DNA of 64,000 bases, taken from positions 1,075-65,074 of the forward strand of contig JALNXD010000001.1 in NCBI GenBank assembly GCA_023230565.1. The letters are read 5' to 3'. The position numbers were made by a program, and so were the translations under genes. Shown here one piece after another: positions 11,088 through 19,969 of this stretch. The stretch comes from Syntrophales bacterium (GTDB lineage: Bacteria > Desulfobacterota > Syntrophia > Syntrophales > UBA2210). How positions within the stretch are numbered: the first letter of the stretch is position 1; each line of letters opens with the position of its first letter. The notes under the pieces are model-generated. The model was not told the DNA's origin. It worked only from the letters and a program-made list of their open reading frames with translations, and made no database searches.

Positions 11088-11654
11088 TTATTGCACCTGT
11101 CTGGCAACGGACACTTTAGCTGGACGCAAAAGTCTCCCGTTCAGCAGATACCCCTTTTCGAATTCCTCTACAATTTCATTTTGATTGTGCTCGGCACTGT
11201 CTATTTGGAGCATTGCCTCGTGAATGTTGGGATCAAAAGTGCGCCCAACAGAATCTATCGCCGTAATTCCGTTTTTTTCCAAAACGGACTGGAGCTGTTC
11301 TTTTATAAGTTTTAACCCCTGAAAAAATGTATTTTCTGTATCCTCCGATAAGTTCAGAGCCCTTTCCAATGCATCCATAACCGGGAGAATATCACGGAGC
11401 AATTTTTCATTACCGTAATTTAAAAGTTCGGTACGATCCTTCTGAACCCTCTTTTTATAGTTTTCAAATTCAGCGGCCAACCGCAGGTATTTATCATAAT
11501 TTTCGGCACATTCTTTCCGGGCCGCTTCAAGTTCCGGTAATTGCTCCGGTTGGGGCTCTTCTTTTTTCATTATTTGTTCCGTTTCTTCGTCTTCCCGGAT
11601 TTTTTCTTTATCTTCCCTTTTTTTCCCTCTCATCATACGCACCCTTCCTGCCAC
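11088..11654 (-). CDS. grpE: Nucleotide exchange factor GrpE
   Basis: GrpE core (YLRLAAEFENYKKR...LLRDILPVMDALERAL...GYLLNGRLLRPAKV), located directly upstream of dnaK. Confidence 0.9.
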   Translation of the reverse strand: MAGRVRMMRGKKREDKEKIREDEETEQIMKKEEPQPEQLPELEAARKECAENYDKYLRLAAEFENYKKRVQKDRTELLNYGNEKLLRDILPVMDALERALNLSEDTENTFFQGLKLIKEQLQSVLEKNGITAIDSVGRTFDPNIHEAMLQIDSAEHNQNEIVEEFEKGYLLNGRLLRPAKVSVARQVQ

Positions 11655-11659
11655 TTCCT

Positions 11660-12250
11660 TTATTCATCAGGCCGTTTAAAGAGCCGGAAATCGATCATTT
11701 CGCAAATTACATGAGCCGCCGTTATATGGGTCTCTTGAATTCTGGGAACGCTGGTTGCAGACACATTAAGACAGTAATCAGCTGTTTTTGCTGACAATCC
11801 ACCATCTTTTCCGGTAAAAGCGACGGTGATCAGGTCAAGCCGCTTTGCAGCCTCAAACGCTCTTACAACATTCACCGAGTTCCCGCTCGTAGTTATGCCC
11901 CATGCGATATCTCCGGCATGACCAAGAGCCCTTATCTGCTTTGCAAATATCTCTGAATAATCATAATCATTTGCAATACTGGTTAAAACCGAAGTATCAG
12001 TTGACAGCGCAATTGCAGGAAGAGGCGGCCGTTCAATCAGAAACCGGTTAACGAATTCGGCAGCTATATGCTGAGCATCGGCAGCGCTGCCGCCGTTTCC
12101 GAAAAGCAATATTTTATTACCTTTTTTTAACGCCTCTGTAATGATGTTGATAACTTTCACCATACGCGAGAGGTTTTCGTTTACAAATACCTCTTTATGA
12201 TGAATGCTTTCCCTGAAATTGCGTATAATTATATCTTCGATCTCTTCCAT
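11660..12250 (-). CDS. gmhA: SIS-domain protein, phosphoheptose isomerase GmhA / DiaA family
   Basis: ILLFGNGGSAADAQHIAAEFVNRF, ALSTDTSVLTSIANDYDY and GITTSGNSVNV are GmhA/DiaA signatures. The stop lies 5 nt before the grpE start. Confidence 0.65.
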   Translation of the reverse strand: MEEIEDIIIRNFRESIHHKEVFVNENLSRMVKVINIITEALKKGNKILLFGNGGSAADAQHIAAEFVNRFLIERPPLPAIALSTDTSVLTSIANDYDYSEIFAKQIRALGHAGDIAWGITTSGNSVNVVRAFEAAKRLDLITVAFTGKDGGLSAKTADYCLNVSATSVPRIQETHITAAHVICEMIDFRLFKRPDE

Positions 12251-12277
12251 GCGGCTAAAGAATTTCAGTTTTCAGCT

Positions 12278-12305
12278 AATATATTGATCAATTTTTTGAT
12301 GTCAA
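12278..12305 (-). promoter_or_regulatory. Putative sigma70-type promoter for the SIS-grpE-dnaK operon
   Basis: Minus-strand TTGACA (12300-12305), a 16-nt spacer, then TATATT (12278-12283), located 28 nt upstream of the SIS gene start. Sequence match only. Confidence 0.35.
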
Positions 12306-12368
12306 GGAAGGCGGGGGAGAAATCAGATTTCCTGTTTCAAATTCGTGTATGAAAAAATAATAGTGACA

Positions 12369-14423
12369 TTAAAGTTTTCCTGTTCTCCTGTCCCTGAGTT
12401 CAGCTAATTTCCCCTTATTAAGGTTCGAAACTTTTGAATAATATCCTGTTATCCGGCTTATCCCTTCAACCTCTTCCGAACCGCAGAAAATACAGCAGCT
12501 GTCTAATCCTCTGAAAGTGCGCCCACAGAAAACACATGTTGTAAATTCAGGTGAAAAAGCGATCTGCCGGCTTGCTGTTTCCTTGAATACGCTTTCAACA
12601 AAATTCGCCAAATCTTCTTTCTTCGGCTGAGTACTTCCAAGCCAAAAATAAGATATCGCTTCTCCCTCCACTAGAGAATGGAGGTATCCTTCATATCGAA
12701 CTTTTTTAAGGTTTTCTATTGTGGAACCTATATCAAAGAGGAGCGAATTAGTATAGTATATCGCTCCTTTCGTAATATCACCTTTCACCGCATGGCCTGC
12801 AGCGGGTGAAAAATACTTGAGATCAAGACGGGCAAAGCGATACGGTGTACTTTCCGCAGGCGACTGTTCAAGGATAAAATTAAGGCCGTATTCATCCGAA
12901 AGAAGATCTGCGTTTTCTTTCATTTTCAATATGACATTATATCCGAATGTCCAGGCATCATCTGATTCATGCAGTTCACTCCCTTTGTGAATTTTTACGA
13001 GTTCGTTAAGGCCTACTATCCCCATAAGATACACAGCGTGCGCGAGCTTCAAATAGGGGGCTCCATCCAAATCCGCTGTAAGCAGAGACAAGGGACCATC
13101 ATTTCCGTGAGAAAGGAGTTTTTCGATAAAATATTTTTTTTGCATGTGAGCCTTAGCAACCAGATTCATTTGGCTTTTTAAAAGAGAAAAGAGCAGCGTG
13201 TCATCGCCGCCTGCTTTATACCCCAGGCGCGGAAGATTTATGGAAATATTCTGAATCGCACTGAAGCGCATGGACCAGGGGTCACGAAAGTTGTTATTTC
13301 CTGCTCCCCTGATCTTTATGCGGCCGCACTCGGAAAGATTCATGAAATTTTCCCTGTCAAACATAAAATAGGGATTGCCTTTTTCAGCCGCCGCCTCGCA
13401 CACATGATGGAGAACCTTTCGATAACCGGGATTCTCGAAAAAAGATTCAGTTATATGAATGATCGGCCGGGGGAACACGAAAGGCCGCCCGGATGCATCC
13501 CCTTTTTTATACACTTCGAAAAGAGCCCAGAAAAAACGTTGAGCTTCATCTGCATAAAAATCATAGGTTTCACCGGTATAAAGACCCGCCGGTCCGATAG
13601 CGGGAATATGGCTTAAATAACAAGGCACATCCCATTGCAAATGCAGATCGGTAAACAGGGTCTGCCCTCCCCTGCCGACAGCCTGCTGGGCGAACTCATA
13701 CACCAGCATTTGAGCGAGCTGCTCAACTTCTTTATAACTCAATCCCTTAAGATAGGGAGCAAAAAGAATATTTACATCGAGCCAGCCGATAGCGCCCGAA
13801 TAATTGCCCTGAAGCGCCGCCGCAAAGCGTACCATGTGGGCCAGCAGCACCTCGGCATGTTTTGCAGGTGCTGCCACTGCAAGAGAGTGAGGCACATTCA
13901 AACCGTATTTTTTTATATATTCCAAAGATTGGCAAGAACAGTAGGCTCGGTCTATATATCCCAAGTGATGAAGATGGATATCACCTGTTAAATGGGCATA
14001 CCCTACATCTTCGGAAAAAACGTTGAGAAGAGCATAGTCACGTTTAATACCCTCTGCAAGGATAAGATTCGTCCCCTCGGGACTATGAGGCACATTAGCA
14101 TTTTGATTATTTTTATAAAATATAAGATGGTCTACATCGTACGGGGGGAAGCCCAGCCTTCCGTGCATTTTTGTAGCCCTGTCGAGGCCTCTCTCTATAA
14201 GTTTCGCATTGACAAGTTCACGAATCAACGGACTGGTGAGAATGCCGATTGAAGAGGCAGAAATCTGCCTTTCCACTTCTTCGCTTATCTCTTCTGCTGT
14301 TGCCATATCAACATTGGTTTCCCGAATGAGAGCGTCAATAATCTTCTGTCTGTTCCATACAGTGATATCATCTCTCGATGTTCTTACGAATAATGTCAGA
14401 TCTGTTGTTTCCTTGGTTTTCAT
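12369..14423 (-). CDS. nrdD: Anaerobic ribonucleoside-triphosphate reductase (class III), NrdD
   Basis: N-terminal ATP-cone (VWNRQKIIDALIRETNVDMATAEEISEEVERQI). C-terminal Zn site (CVFCG...CCIFCG) and glycyl-radical motif (RITGYYS). 684 aa. Confidence 0.9.
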   Translation of the reverse strand: MKTKETTDLTLFVRTSRDDITVWNRQKIIDALIRETNVDMATAEEISEEVERQISASSIGILTSPLIRELVNAKLIERGLDRATKMHGRLGFPPYDVDHLIFYKNNQNANVPHSPEGTNLILAEGIKRDYALLNVFSEDVGYAHLTGDIHLHHLGYIDRAYCSCQSLEYIKKYGLNVPHSLAVAAPAKHAEVLLAHMVRFAAALQGNYSGAIGWLDVNILFAPYLKGLSYKEVEQLAQMLVYEFAQQAVGRGGQTLFTDLHLQWDVPCYLSHIPAIGPAGLYTGETYDFYADEAQRFFWALFEVYKKGDASGRPFVFPRPIIHITESFFENPGYRKVLHHVCEAAAEKGNPYFMFDRENFMNLSECGRIKIRGAGNNNFRDPWSMRFSAIQNISINLPRLGYKAGGDDTLLFSLLKSQMNLVAKAHMQKKYFIEKLLSHGNDGPLSLLTADLDGAPYLKLAHAVYLMGIVGLNELVKIHKGSELHESDDAWTFGYNVILKMKENADLLSDEYGLNFILEQSPAESTPYRFARLDLKYFSPAAGHAVKGDITKGAIYYTNSLLFDIGSTIENLKKVRYEGYLHSLVEGEAISYFWLGSTQPKKEDLANFVESVFKETASRQIAFSPEFTTCVFCGRTFRGLDSCCIFCGSEEVEGISRITGYYSKVSNLNKGKLAELRDRRTGKL

Positions 14424-14440
14424 TTTCCTTTGGGTCTTCT

Positions 14441-15859
14441 TTATATATTGGTGGGCATGACTTCCGAGGATGATTCGAGCATACGCTGGGATGCCTGAGC
14501 AAGAACTTCATCATGACGGTGATTCAGTGAAAATATCCTGAAATGAACCACTCGAGAAGGGATGAAGCGGTAAATGTCTCTCAGCGGCTCCCAGGAGGTT
14601 GTTTCAGTTGAAGGGTTGTAAATATTGATTCGCTTGTCCCCTTCCGCCATCGGATTTATTGGTCTTGGGTCCTGAGTTGCAAGATCAACCTTGAATCTTA
14701 TCCGCTTAAGCGACGAAGGAAGATGCTCTCTTATCCATCCCTCGTAATCACGGACTTTGGCAAATGCGGCTCCCCTCTGGATTTGATCTACGGAGAGATC
14801 TGCAAAATAGCACATTTTCCACTTGATTTGCCGCATATGAAGTTTTTTCCATTCATTACCAAGTTGTTTTTTCTTTTTATCTGTTGCAGTAAGCCAGCCC
14901 TTGACTTCATAAAATAAAGTCCATTCATCACAATCAAGATAGCTGTCAACTGCCTCCAGGGGATTCTGCGGGAAAAGTATATTCATTGTATCCATGAAAA
15001 TCTCTTGAAGGTGCAGATCGAGTGCGCGGGTTGTACGGTGATAGTACACGTTTGAATAAAGGTTTATTCGCGCATTAAGAAAACGACTTAATGCCGATGT
15101 CCCGGCTTGATGAAGCGTCACTCCCTCTTCCGTAAAAAATGAATAGAAACAAAGCCGTTGAATGTCGACAATATCTATCGAAAAACCGGACATATACGCA
15201 TCGCGCTGCACGTAATCCATATTATCTACCGTATAAATTCCGGAAAAAAGCTGACGTAAAAGAAAGAGCCATAAAGGCTGTCTTGTCTCTTTTCCCTGTG
15301 GTTTTCGAATAAGAAAAGCGACTTGACCCGGATCGAGTCGTTCTCCCTTTTCGAAATACCCTGCAGGGCTCCTTTTTATCTTCTTTATCATATCTCCTAA
15401 TTTTTCGATTATAATTTTCTGGCCCAGGATCTCATGGTTGAGCTCAAACTGGCTTAAAAAATGCTCATCAAAAAAATGTCCGTAAGGACCATGCCCCACA
15501 TCATGAAGAAGGCCGGCCACTCTTAAAAGCTCTTCCACACAATTGATTGATGGCATCTGAGGGCAAATCTCCTTGAGCCCCCGGTAGAGATGTCTTCCGA
15601 ATTCACCCGCCATATGCATCGTACCCAAGGCATGCTGGAATCGCGTATGTTCCGCAGCGGGGAATACCCACCGGGCGCTCTGGAGCTGATATATTCTTCT
15701 GAGCCTCTGGATCCAGGGTGAATCAATAAGATCCTTTTCCGTTTTTTCCGAGGTGAAATCGCTCTCAGGCACTGTAAATAAAATATAGTGATAAATTGGA
15801 TCGGCAATAAGCGCTTTTCCCTGGTATGTCTTCGCAAATTCGGCTTTATTGACTATCAT
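14441..15859 (-). CDS. HD-domain phosphohydrolase, dNTP triphosphohydrolase (dGTPase/SAMHD1)-like
   Basis: The HD superfamily metal ligands are in the expected order (RFQHALGTMHMAG ... GLLHDVGHGPYGHFFD ... DNMDYVQRDAY). 472 aa. The stop lies 17 nt upstream of the nrdD start. Confidence 0.65.
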   Translation of the reverse strand: MIVNKAEFAKTYQGKALIADPIYHYILFTVPESDFTSEKTEKDLIDSPWIQRLRRIYQLQSARWVFPAAEHTRFQHALGTMHMAGEFGRHLYRGLKEICPQMPSINCVEELLRVAGLLHDVGHGPYGHFFDEHFLSQFELNHEILGQKIIIEKLGDMIKKIKRSPAGYFEKGERLDPGQVAFLIRKPQGKETRQPLWLFLLRQLFSGIYTVDNMDYVQRDAYMSGFSIDIVDIQRLCFYSFFTEEGVTLHQAGTSALSRFLNARINLYSNVYYHRTTRALDLHLQEIFMDTMNILFPQNPLEAVDSYLDCDEWTLFYEVKGWLTATDKKKKQLGNEWKKLHMRQIKWKMCYFADLSVDQIQRGAAFAKVRDYEGWIREHLPSSLKRIRFKVDLATQDPRPINPMAEGDKRINIYNPSTETTSWEPLRDIYRFIPSRVVHFRIFSLNHRHDEVLAQASQRMLESSSEVMPTNI

Positions 15860-15959
15860 GGCACTACGATTTCACTGGCATGGATTTTTGATTTTTTCAT
15901 TACCGGCTCAGTCCTCAGAGCTCTAAAAAAGATTTTCTGCATGCGCGGGACCGGTTTCA

Positions 15960-15988
15960 TGTATATAAAATGTTCCCCTGAAGATCAA
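15960..15988 (-). promoter_or_regulatory. Possible sigma70-type promoter for the HD-nrdD operon
   Basis: Minus-strand TTGATC (15983-15988), a 17-nt spacer, then TATACA (15960-15965). Weak match, sequence only. Confidence 0.25.
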
Positions 15989-16054
15989 TAGATACAGCCC
16001 AGGCGAACGCGGCAGGGCATGCATGTTTCGAGTACCCATTGGAGAAAGTAAAAT

Positions 16055-17287
16055 TCAGCACCTCTCATTGGGCAGCGGTATATTTTCTCCCAGATAGAGA
16101 CCCAGAAGATAAGGCTTCTGCGAAAGAAAGGCCCAGGCATGATTGCGAACTTCTTCTTCCGCAAATTGCGCGCTGTATTTTCGGGTCAAATAATCGAACG
16201 TAATGCTCCTGGCAAAATAGAGCGGCTTCAGCACATTGATCACGTCGTTCTTTACAGGTTCCTGTGCGCCGTCAAACAAAAAAAGCATTGTGTAGACAAT
16301 CTGCGACCAAAGCATAATATCCATATCATAGTAATCAACAGCGAACATGTCATTAATCTTCTGATATGCATATGGACTAAGATACCACTCGACCAGATCA
16401 TGATATTTGCTGTATTCTTCCTGACAGTCTCTTTTCAGTTTCAAAACATCTATATTCAGAGCCTGACTGTCTCCCATATTTTTCAATCCATATCTCTCTA
16501 TATCACGGATACGCGTATGCCAGTAAGTCTTTCCACCCCTTACCAGCCATGATCCCAGCCATTTACTTTTATATTCAAGCAGAACCGAGAATAATGTGTA
16601 AATTACTTCTTCGAACATTCTGCCTAATTTAGGAGAGCTCGCGTTATGAATCTTTGAACCGAGTCCCGACTCAATAATACGGAAATTCCCAAAGAAGGCA
16701 TGAAGCGACATGAATATATCAATTCCATACTGTCTCGTCATTTCATTCCACTCCTGGTTAAGCCAATGGGAACAGAGTCTGCGTGAAAAAGCGAAATCAC
16801 CACCGATAGGCTGTCGGATATTGAGACCCGCCAGAGAGAAAACTAACGGATAGCAGAGATGATTCGTAATCGTTCCGTCAAAATGATGGCGGGAATATGC
16901 AGGAGCGACAAAATCGACTCCTTTATTTACAGGATAGCCAAGATATTTCATCCATCTTGGAGTAATCGACCGCAGATCGGCATCGACGACTATATTGATC
17001 TTCGATTCCACTTCCTCTACAAATTTGAACAGATTGAAAAAATTGTTCCCCTTCCCTACCACGTTTTCGGGAGTGGTAATGTATTTCTTTGCTATTTTCG
17101 GATGCACCTCTGTCGACAGAAAGGCTTCTCTGGTTCCATCAGAACTGTGATTGTCGCAATTGACAATGACGCTCTTTGCATCGGGAAAATACTTTTCAAG
17201 CCCCTTCCCTATTGTGTGTGCCACATACCCGATTGTTCCGGATTCATTATAAGAGGGAATCCCTACGACAATATCGTATTTTTTCAT
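16055..17287 (-). CDS. GT-A fold glycosyltransferase, mannosylglycerate/glucosylglycerate-synthase-like
   Basis: GIPSYNESGTI, VNCDNHSSDGT, GKGNNF, the DxD motif (VVDADLRS), QPIGGDFAF and YGIDIF appear collinear, from memory, with Rhodothermus mannosylglycerate synthase motifs (GKGDGM, YDADITS, QPLGGELL, WGIDTL). 410 aa. Confidence 0.55.
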   Translation of the reverse strand: MKKYDIVVGIPSYNESGTIGYVAHTIGKGLEKYFPDAKSVIVNCDNHSSDGTREAFLSTEVHPKIAKKYITTPENVVGKGNNFFNLFKFVEEVESKINIVVDADLRSITPRWMKYLGYPVNKGVDFVAPAYSRHHFDGTITNHLCYPLVFSLAGLNIRQPIGGDFAFSRRLCSHWLNQEWNEMTRQYGIDIFMSLHAFFGNFRIIESGLGSKIHNASSPKLGRMFEEVIYTLFSVLLEYKSKWLGSWLVRGGKTYWHTRIRDIERYGLKNMGDSQALNIDVLKLKRDCQEEYSKYHDLVEWYLSPYAYQKINDMFAVDYYDMDIMLWSQIVYTMLFLFDGAQEPVKNDVINVLKPLYFARSITFDYLTRKYSAQFAEEEVRNHAWAFLSQKPYLLGLYLGENIPLPNERC

Positions 17288-17460
17288 AGAAAATCCTTCA
17301 GCGCCCTTTGAGTATCGATATGATCTTGAGAAAACTTAAGCTCAAATCAATGGATTATGGGTATAAGGAATTCACTTCGCACCTTTTCGAAAACTCGATA
17401 CAGTGGCAAAAGAATATTGTCAGACCTTTGTGAAAACAACGATGAAATTGAATAAAAATC

Positions 17461-17536
17461 TGGTGGAGATGAGGGGGATCGAACCCCTGACCTCGGCATT
17501 GCGAACGCCGCGCTCTCCCAGCTGAGCTACATCCCC
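17461..17536 (-). tRNA. tRNA-Ala (anticodon CGC)
   Basis: The reverse complement GGGGATGTAGCTCAGCTGGGAGAGCGCGGCGTTCGCAATGCCGAGGTCAGGGGTTCGATCCCCCTCATCTCCACCA folds as a cloverleaf. It has a 7-bp acceptor stem with the G3:U70 Ala identity pair, anticodon loop UUCGCAA, T-loop GGTTCGATCC and an encoded CCA. Confidence 0.95.
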
Positions 17537-17657
17537 ACAATGAATCCGAATTGGATTTGTCAATATCCCAAAAACGGCCCCTCTGTCAAGGAATACTTAA
17601 CCTCCGAAATAACTAAATTCTGAGGTTTTTTCTTCCTCTGAAATAACACAGGCCTTT

Positions 17658-18623
17658 TTAATTGAAAACTTTTCTTTTTATGGCTTGCCTGTATATTTCC
17701 CGGGCCCTGTCATCAAAACCGCCTTTTTCACAGGCTTTAAAAAGGCCCAGGTAATAAAACGGATTATCCGGTTCTTCTTCAATAGCCTCCTCAAATGCAT
17801 CCGCAGCTTCTGCATTGAACCCTTCTTTTGTCAGAGCATTTCCCAGACGATTCAAATATACAGCCCTGGAAGCGGGATCTATTTCGATTGCACGTCTGTA
17901 AGATACGTGTGCTTCGACCAGTTTTCGTTCCTTGATATATATATCTCCTAAACTGCAGTGGTTAAGCGGTTTTTCGCAATCAGCATCAATAGACCTGCAT
18001 AAAGCCTCTTCAGCCCTTTGATAGCAGCCATTTTTTAAATACGCATCTGCCATCCGAAAGTAAATCGATCCTGCCTCATCTGGATCCAGAGCACATGCCT
18101 TTTCATATGCTTCTTCAGCCCGGACGAAATCCGCGGCTGCAATAAGAGCATTACCAAGAAAGCACCAGTACACGACAGAGTCCGGCTCCATACGGGTAAT
18201 TCGCTCGAAGACATCAACTGCATTTTGCACTTTACCTCCTCTTAGGTACGATTCACCCAGTGTTGCGATAAACGCACAATCACAAGGCTGCGCGTTTACC
18301 ACCTTTTCACAGATTTCAATAAGTTTGTCACTTTCCCCTTTTTCTCTCAATATTTTGACTAATTCATCATACGCAAACCCTGTAAAGATATCTCTGGCAA
18401 GTTCTTTCTCCAATAGAGATTCGAGACATGTTATTGCATTTTCAGTATCACCGCTGTCTCTATAAGTCCATGCCATTGACATTATTAATGATTCGTCATT
18501 CGGATTCATTCGGGAAAGCCTTAAATACAAATCCAATGCCTCAGTGTACCTTTTTTCCCCGGCTAATTTATCTGCGCGATCATATAATTCCCGATACGTA
18601 TACTGTCTGTCATTTAACGACAC
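17658..18623 (-). CDS. Tetratricopeptide-repeat (TPR) protein
   Basis: Repeated 34-aa A/Y/L-rich units throughout (e.g. YTEALDLYLRLSRMNPND, AEEAYEKACALDPDE, AHVSYRRAIEIDPAS). 321 aa. Confidence 0.8.
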   Translation of the reverse strand: MSLNDRQYTYRELYDRADKLAGEKRYTEALDLYLRLSRMNPNDESLIMSMAWTYRDSGDTENAITCLESLLEKELARDIFTGFAYDELVKILREKGESDKLIEICEKVVNAQPCDCAFIATLGESYLRGGKVQNAVDVFERITRMEPDSVVYWCFLGNALIAAADFVRAEEAYEKACALDPDEAGSIYFRMADAYLKNGCYQRAEEALCRSIDADCEKPLNHCSLGDIYIKERKLVEAHVSYRRAIEIDPASRAVYLNRLGNALTKEGFNAEAADAFEEAIEEEPDNPFYYLGLFKACEKGGFDDRAREIYRQAIKRKVFN

Positions 18624-19083
18624 TTATTTTCTCACTCCTTCTTTTTTTAATTTATCATCCTTTCACCCGCGCACATCATAATGCCTGCAGCCGAGCCTTT
18701 CAACTAATTATATCCGCTTCCAAGATAAGTGATGCGACAGCTTACATATCCTCCAATTCAGGGAATGCGGTTTTGACCTCGAATCAGCTGTATTTCATGT
18801 ACAATGCTTTCCGTGCGAAAAGCCCGCCCCCGGCTTATCCATATTCTATCGGTAAAAAAATGATTGTCAATTATTCACTCACGATAATCAAGATAGTGAC
18901 ATTTCTTTATCCCTTTGATATATAGGTCGGGTTTCTCAGGATACAGGCACAGCGGATTTAAAAATTTTTCACAAGGGAAGCCGGTAATGCAGCTATTTGT
19001 ATCCATGGTTTCTACCGGCAATCCATTTACTTTTTTATTTGAAGAAATATTCAAAACCAATAGTGCACAGGAAGGAGATAGGT

Positions 19084-19887
19084 ATGACATACTCGGGACG
19101 TCTCAACGGCAAAGTCGCCATTATTACAGGCGCCGCCAGCGGCATAGGAAAAGCGGCAGCGCGGCTTTTTGCCCGTGAGGGAGCCAAACTGGTACTTGCA
19201 GATATAAGTGTAGAGGCTCTGAAAGAAGTGGCAGAAGAAATCAAAGACCAAGGCGGCGCGGCGGTTCTTAAAAAGGCGGATGTGTCGAAGGAAGACGAAG
19301 TAAAAGAACTTATCGATTTTTCACTCAGTACATATACTGAGGTTCATATACTTTGCAATAATGCCGGCATAACCGGAAACTTTCTTTACAGCAATCCTGA
19401 AGATCAAAATAGTGAAGATTGGTTTCAAGTATATGCAGTAAACGTTATGGGCGCAATGTACGGCATCAAGCATATTGCCGCTCATATGAAGCAGAGAGGC
19501 AGCGGTGCCATTGTTAATACAGCATCTGTAGCCGGTATAAGAGCGGGTGCCGGAACAAATGCGTATAGTGCAAGCAAAGCAGCCGTAATCAGTCTCACCC
19601 AGACTGGCGCCTGTGATCTCGGGAAATTCAATGTTAGAGTGAATGCAGTGTGCCCAGGTCTCACAGAAACCGGCATGTCCAAACCTTTATTCGATTACGC
19701 CCGTGAAACAGGAAAGGAAGGAAAACTTGGGAATCGATGCGAATTAAGACGCTATGGCAAACCGGAAGAAATTGCTGCAGCGATTCTCTTTTTGGCAAGC
19801 GATGAAGCCAGCTACATCACGGGACAAGCTCTCCCCGTCGACGGCGGCAATACTGCATCTCTGAATCTCCCGGGGATGAAATATTAG
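19084..19887 (+). CDS. Short-chain dehydrogenase/reductase (SDR) family oxidoreductase
   Basis: TGxxxGxG (GKVAIITGAASGIGKA), NNAG and catalytic YxxxK (YSASKAAV). Start moved to the ATG at 19084, behind the RBS AGGAGATAGG. Confidence 0.85.
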   Translation: MTYSGRLNGKVAIITGAASGIGKAAARLFAREGAKLVLADISVEALKEVAEEIKDQGGAAVLKKADVSKEDEVKELIDFSLSTYTEVHILCNNAGITGNFLYSNPEDQNSEDWFQVYAVNVMGAMYGIKHIAAHMKQRGSGAIVNTASVAGIRAGAGTNAYSASKAAVISLTQTGACDLGKFNVRVNAVCPGLTETGMSKPLFDYARETGKEGKLGNRCELRRYGKPEEIAAAILFLASDEASYITGQALPVDGGNTASLNLPGMKY

Positions 19888-19969
19888 CGGTCGCCAGAGT
19901 TCGTACCACAGACAATAAAAAAGGTTAATAGTTTCTTATCCATCAAGTGGAGTGTGAGGGAGGTTTTTC

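Noticed and set aside
12251-12368. CIRCE (HrcA) operator upstream of the grpE-dnaK operon
   Set aside because: No TTAGCACTC/GAGTGCTAA-like inverted repeat is present on either strand of this spacer.
15860-16054. AT-rich quasi-palindrome CATGTATATAAAATG (15958-15972) as an NrdR box upstream of the HD-nrdD operon
   Set aside because: Only the outer three positions and one inner pair are symmetric. It is a poor match to the remembered acaCwAtATaTwGtgt consensus, and there is no second box at the usual helical spacing.
18428-18925. 165-aa plus-strand ORF spanning the TPR gene start and the divergent intergenic region
   Set aside because: Its first part is antisense to the TPR gene. The remainder runs through an AT-rich promoter region. 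It has no RBS and no motif.
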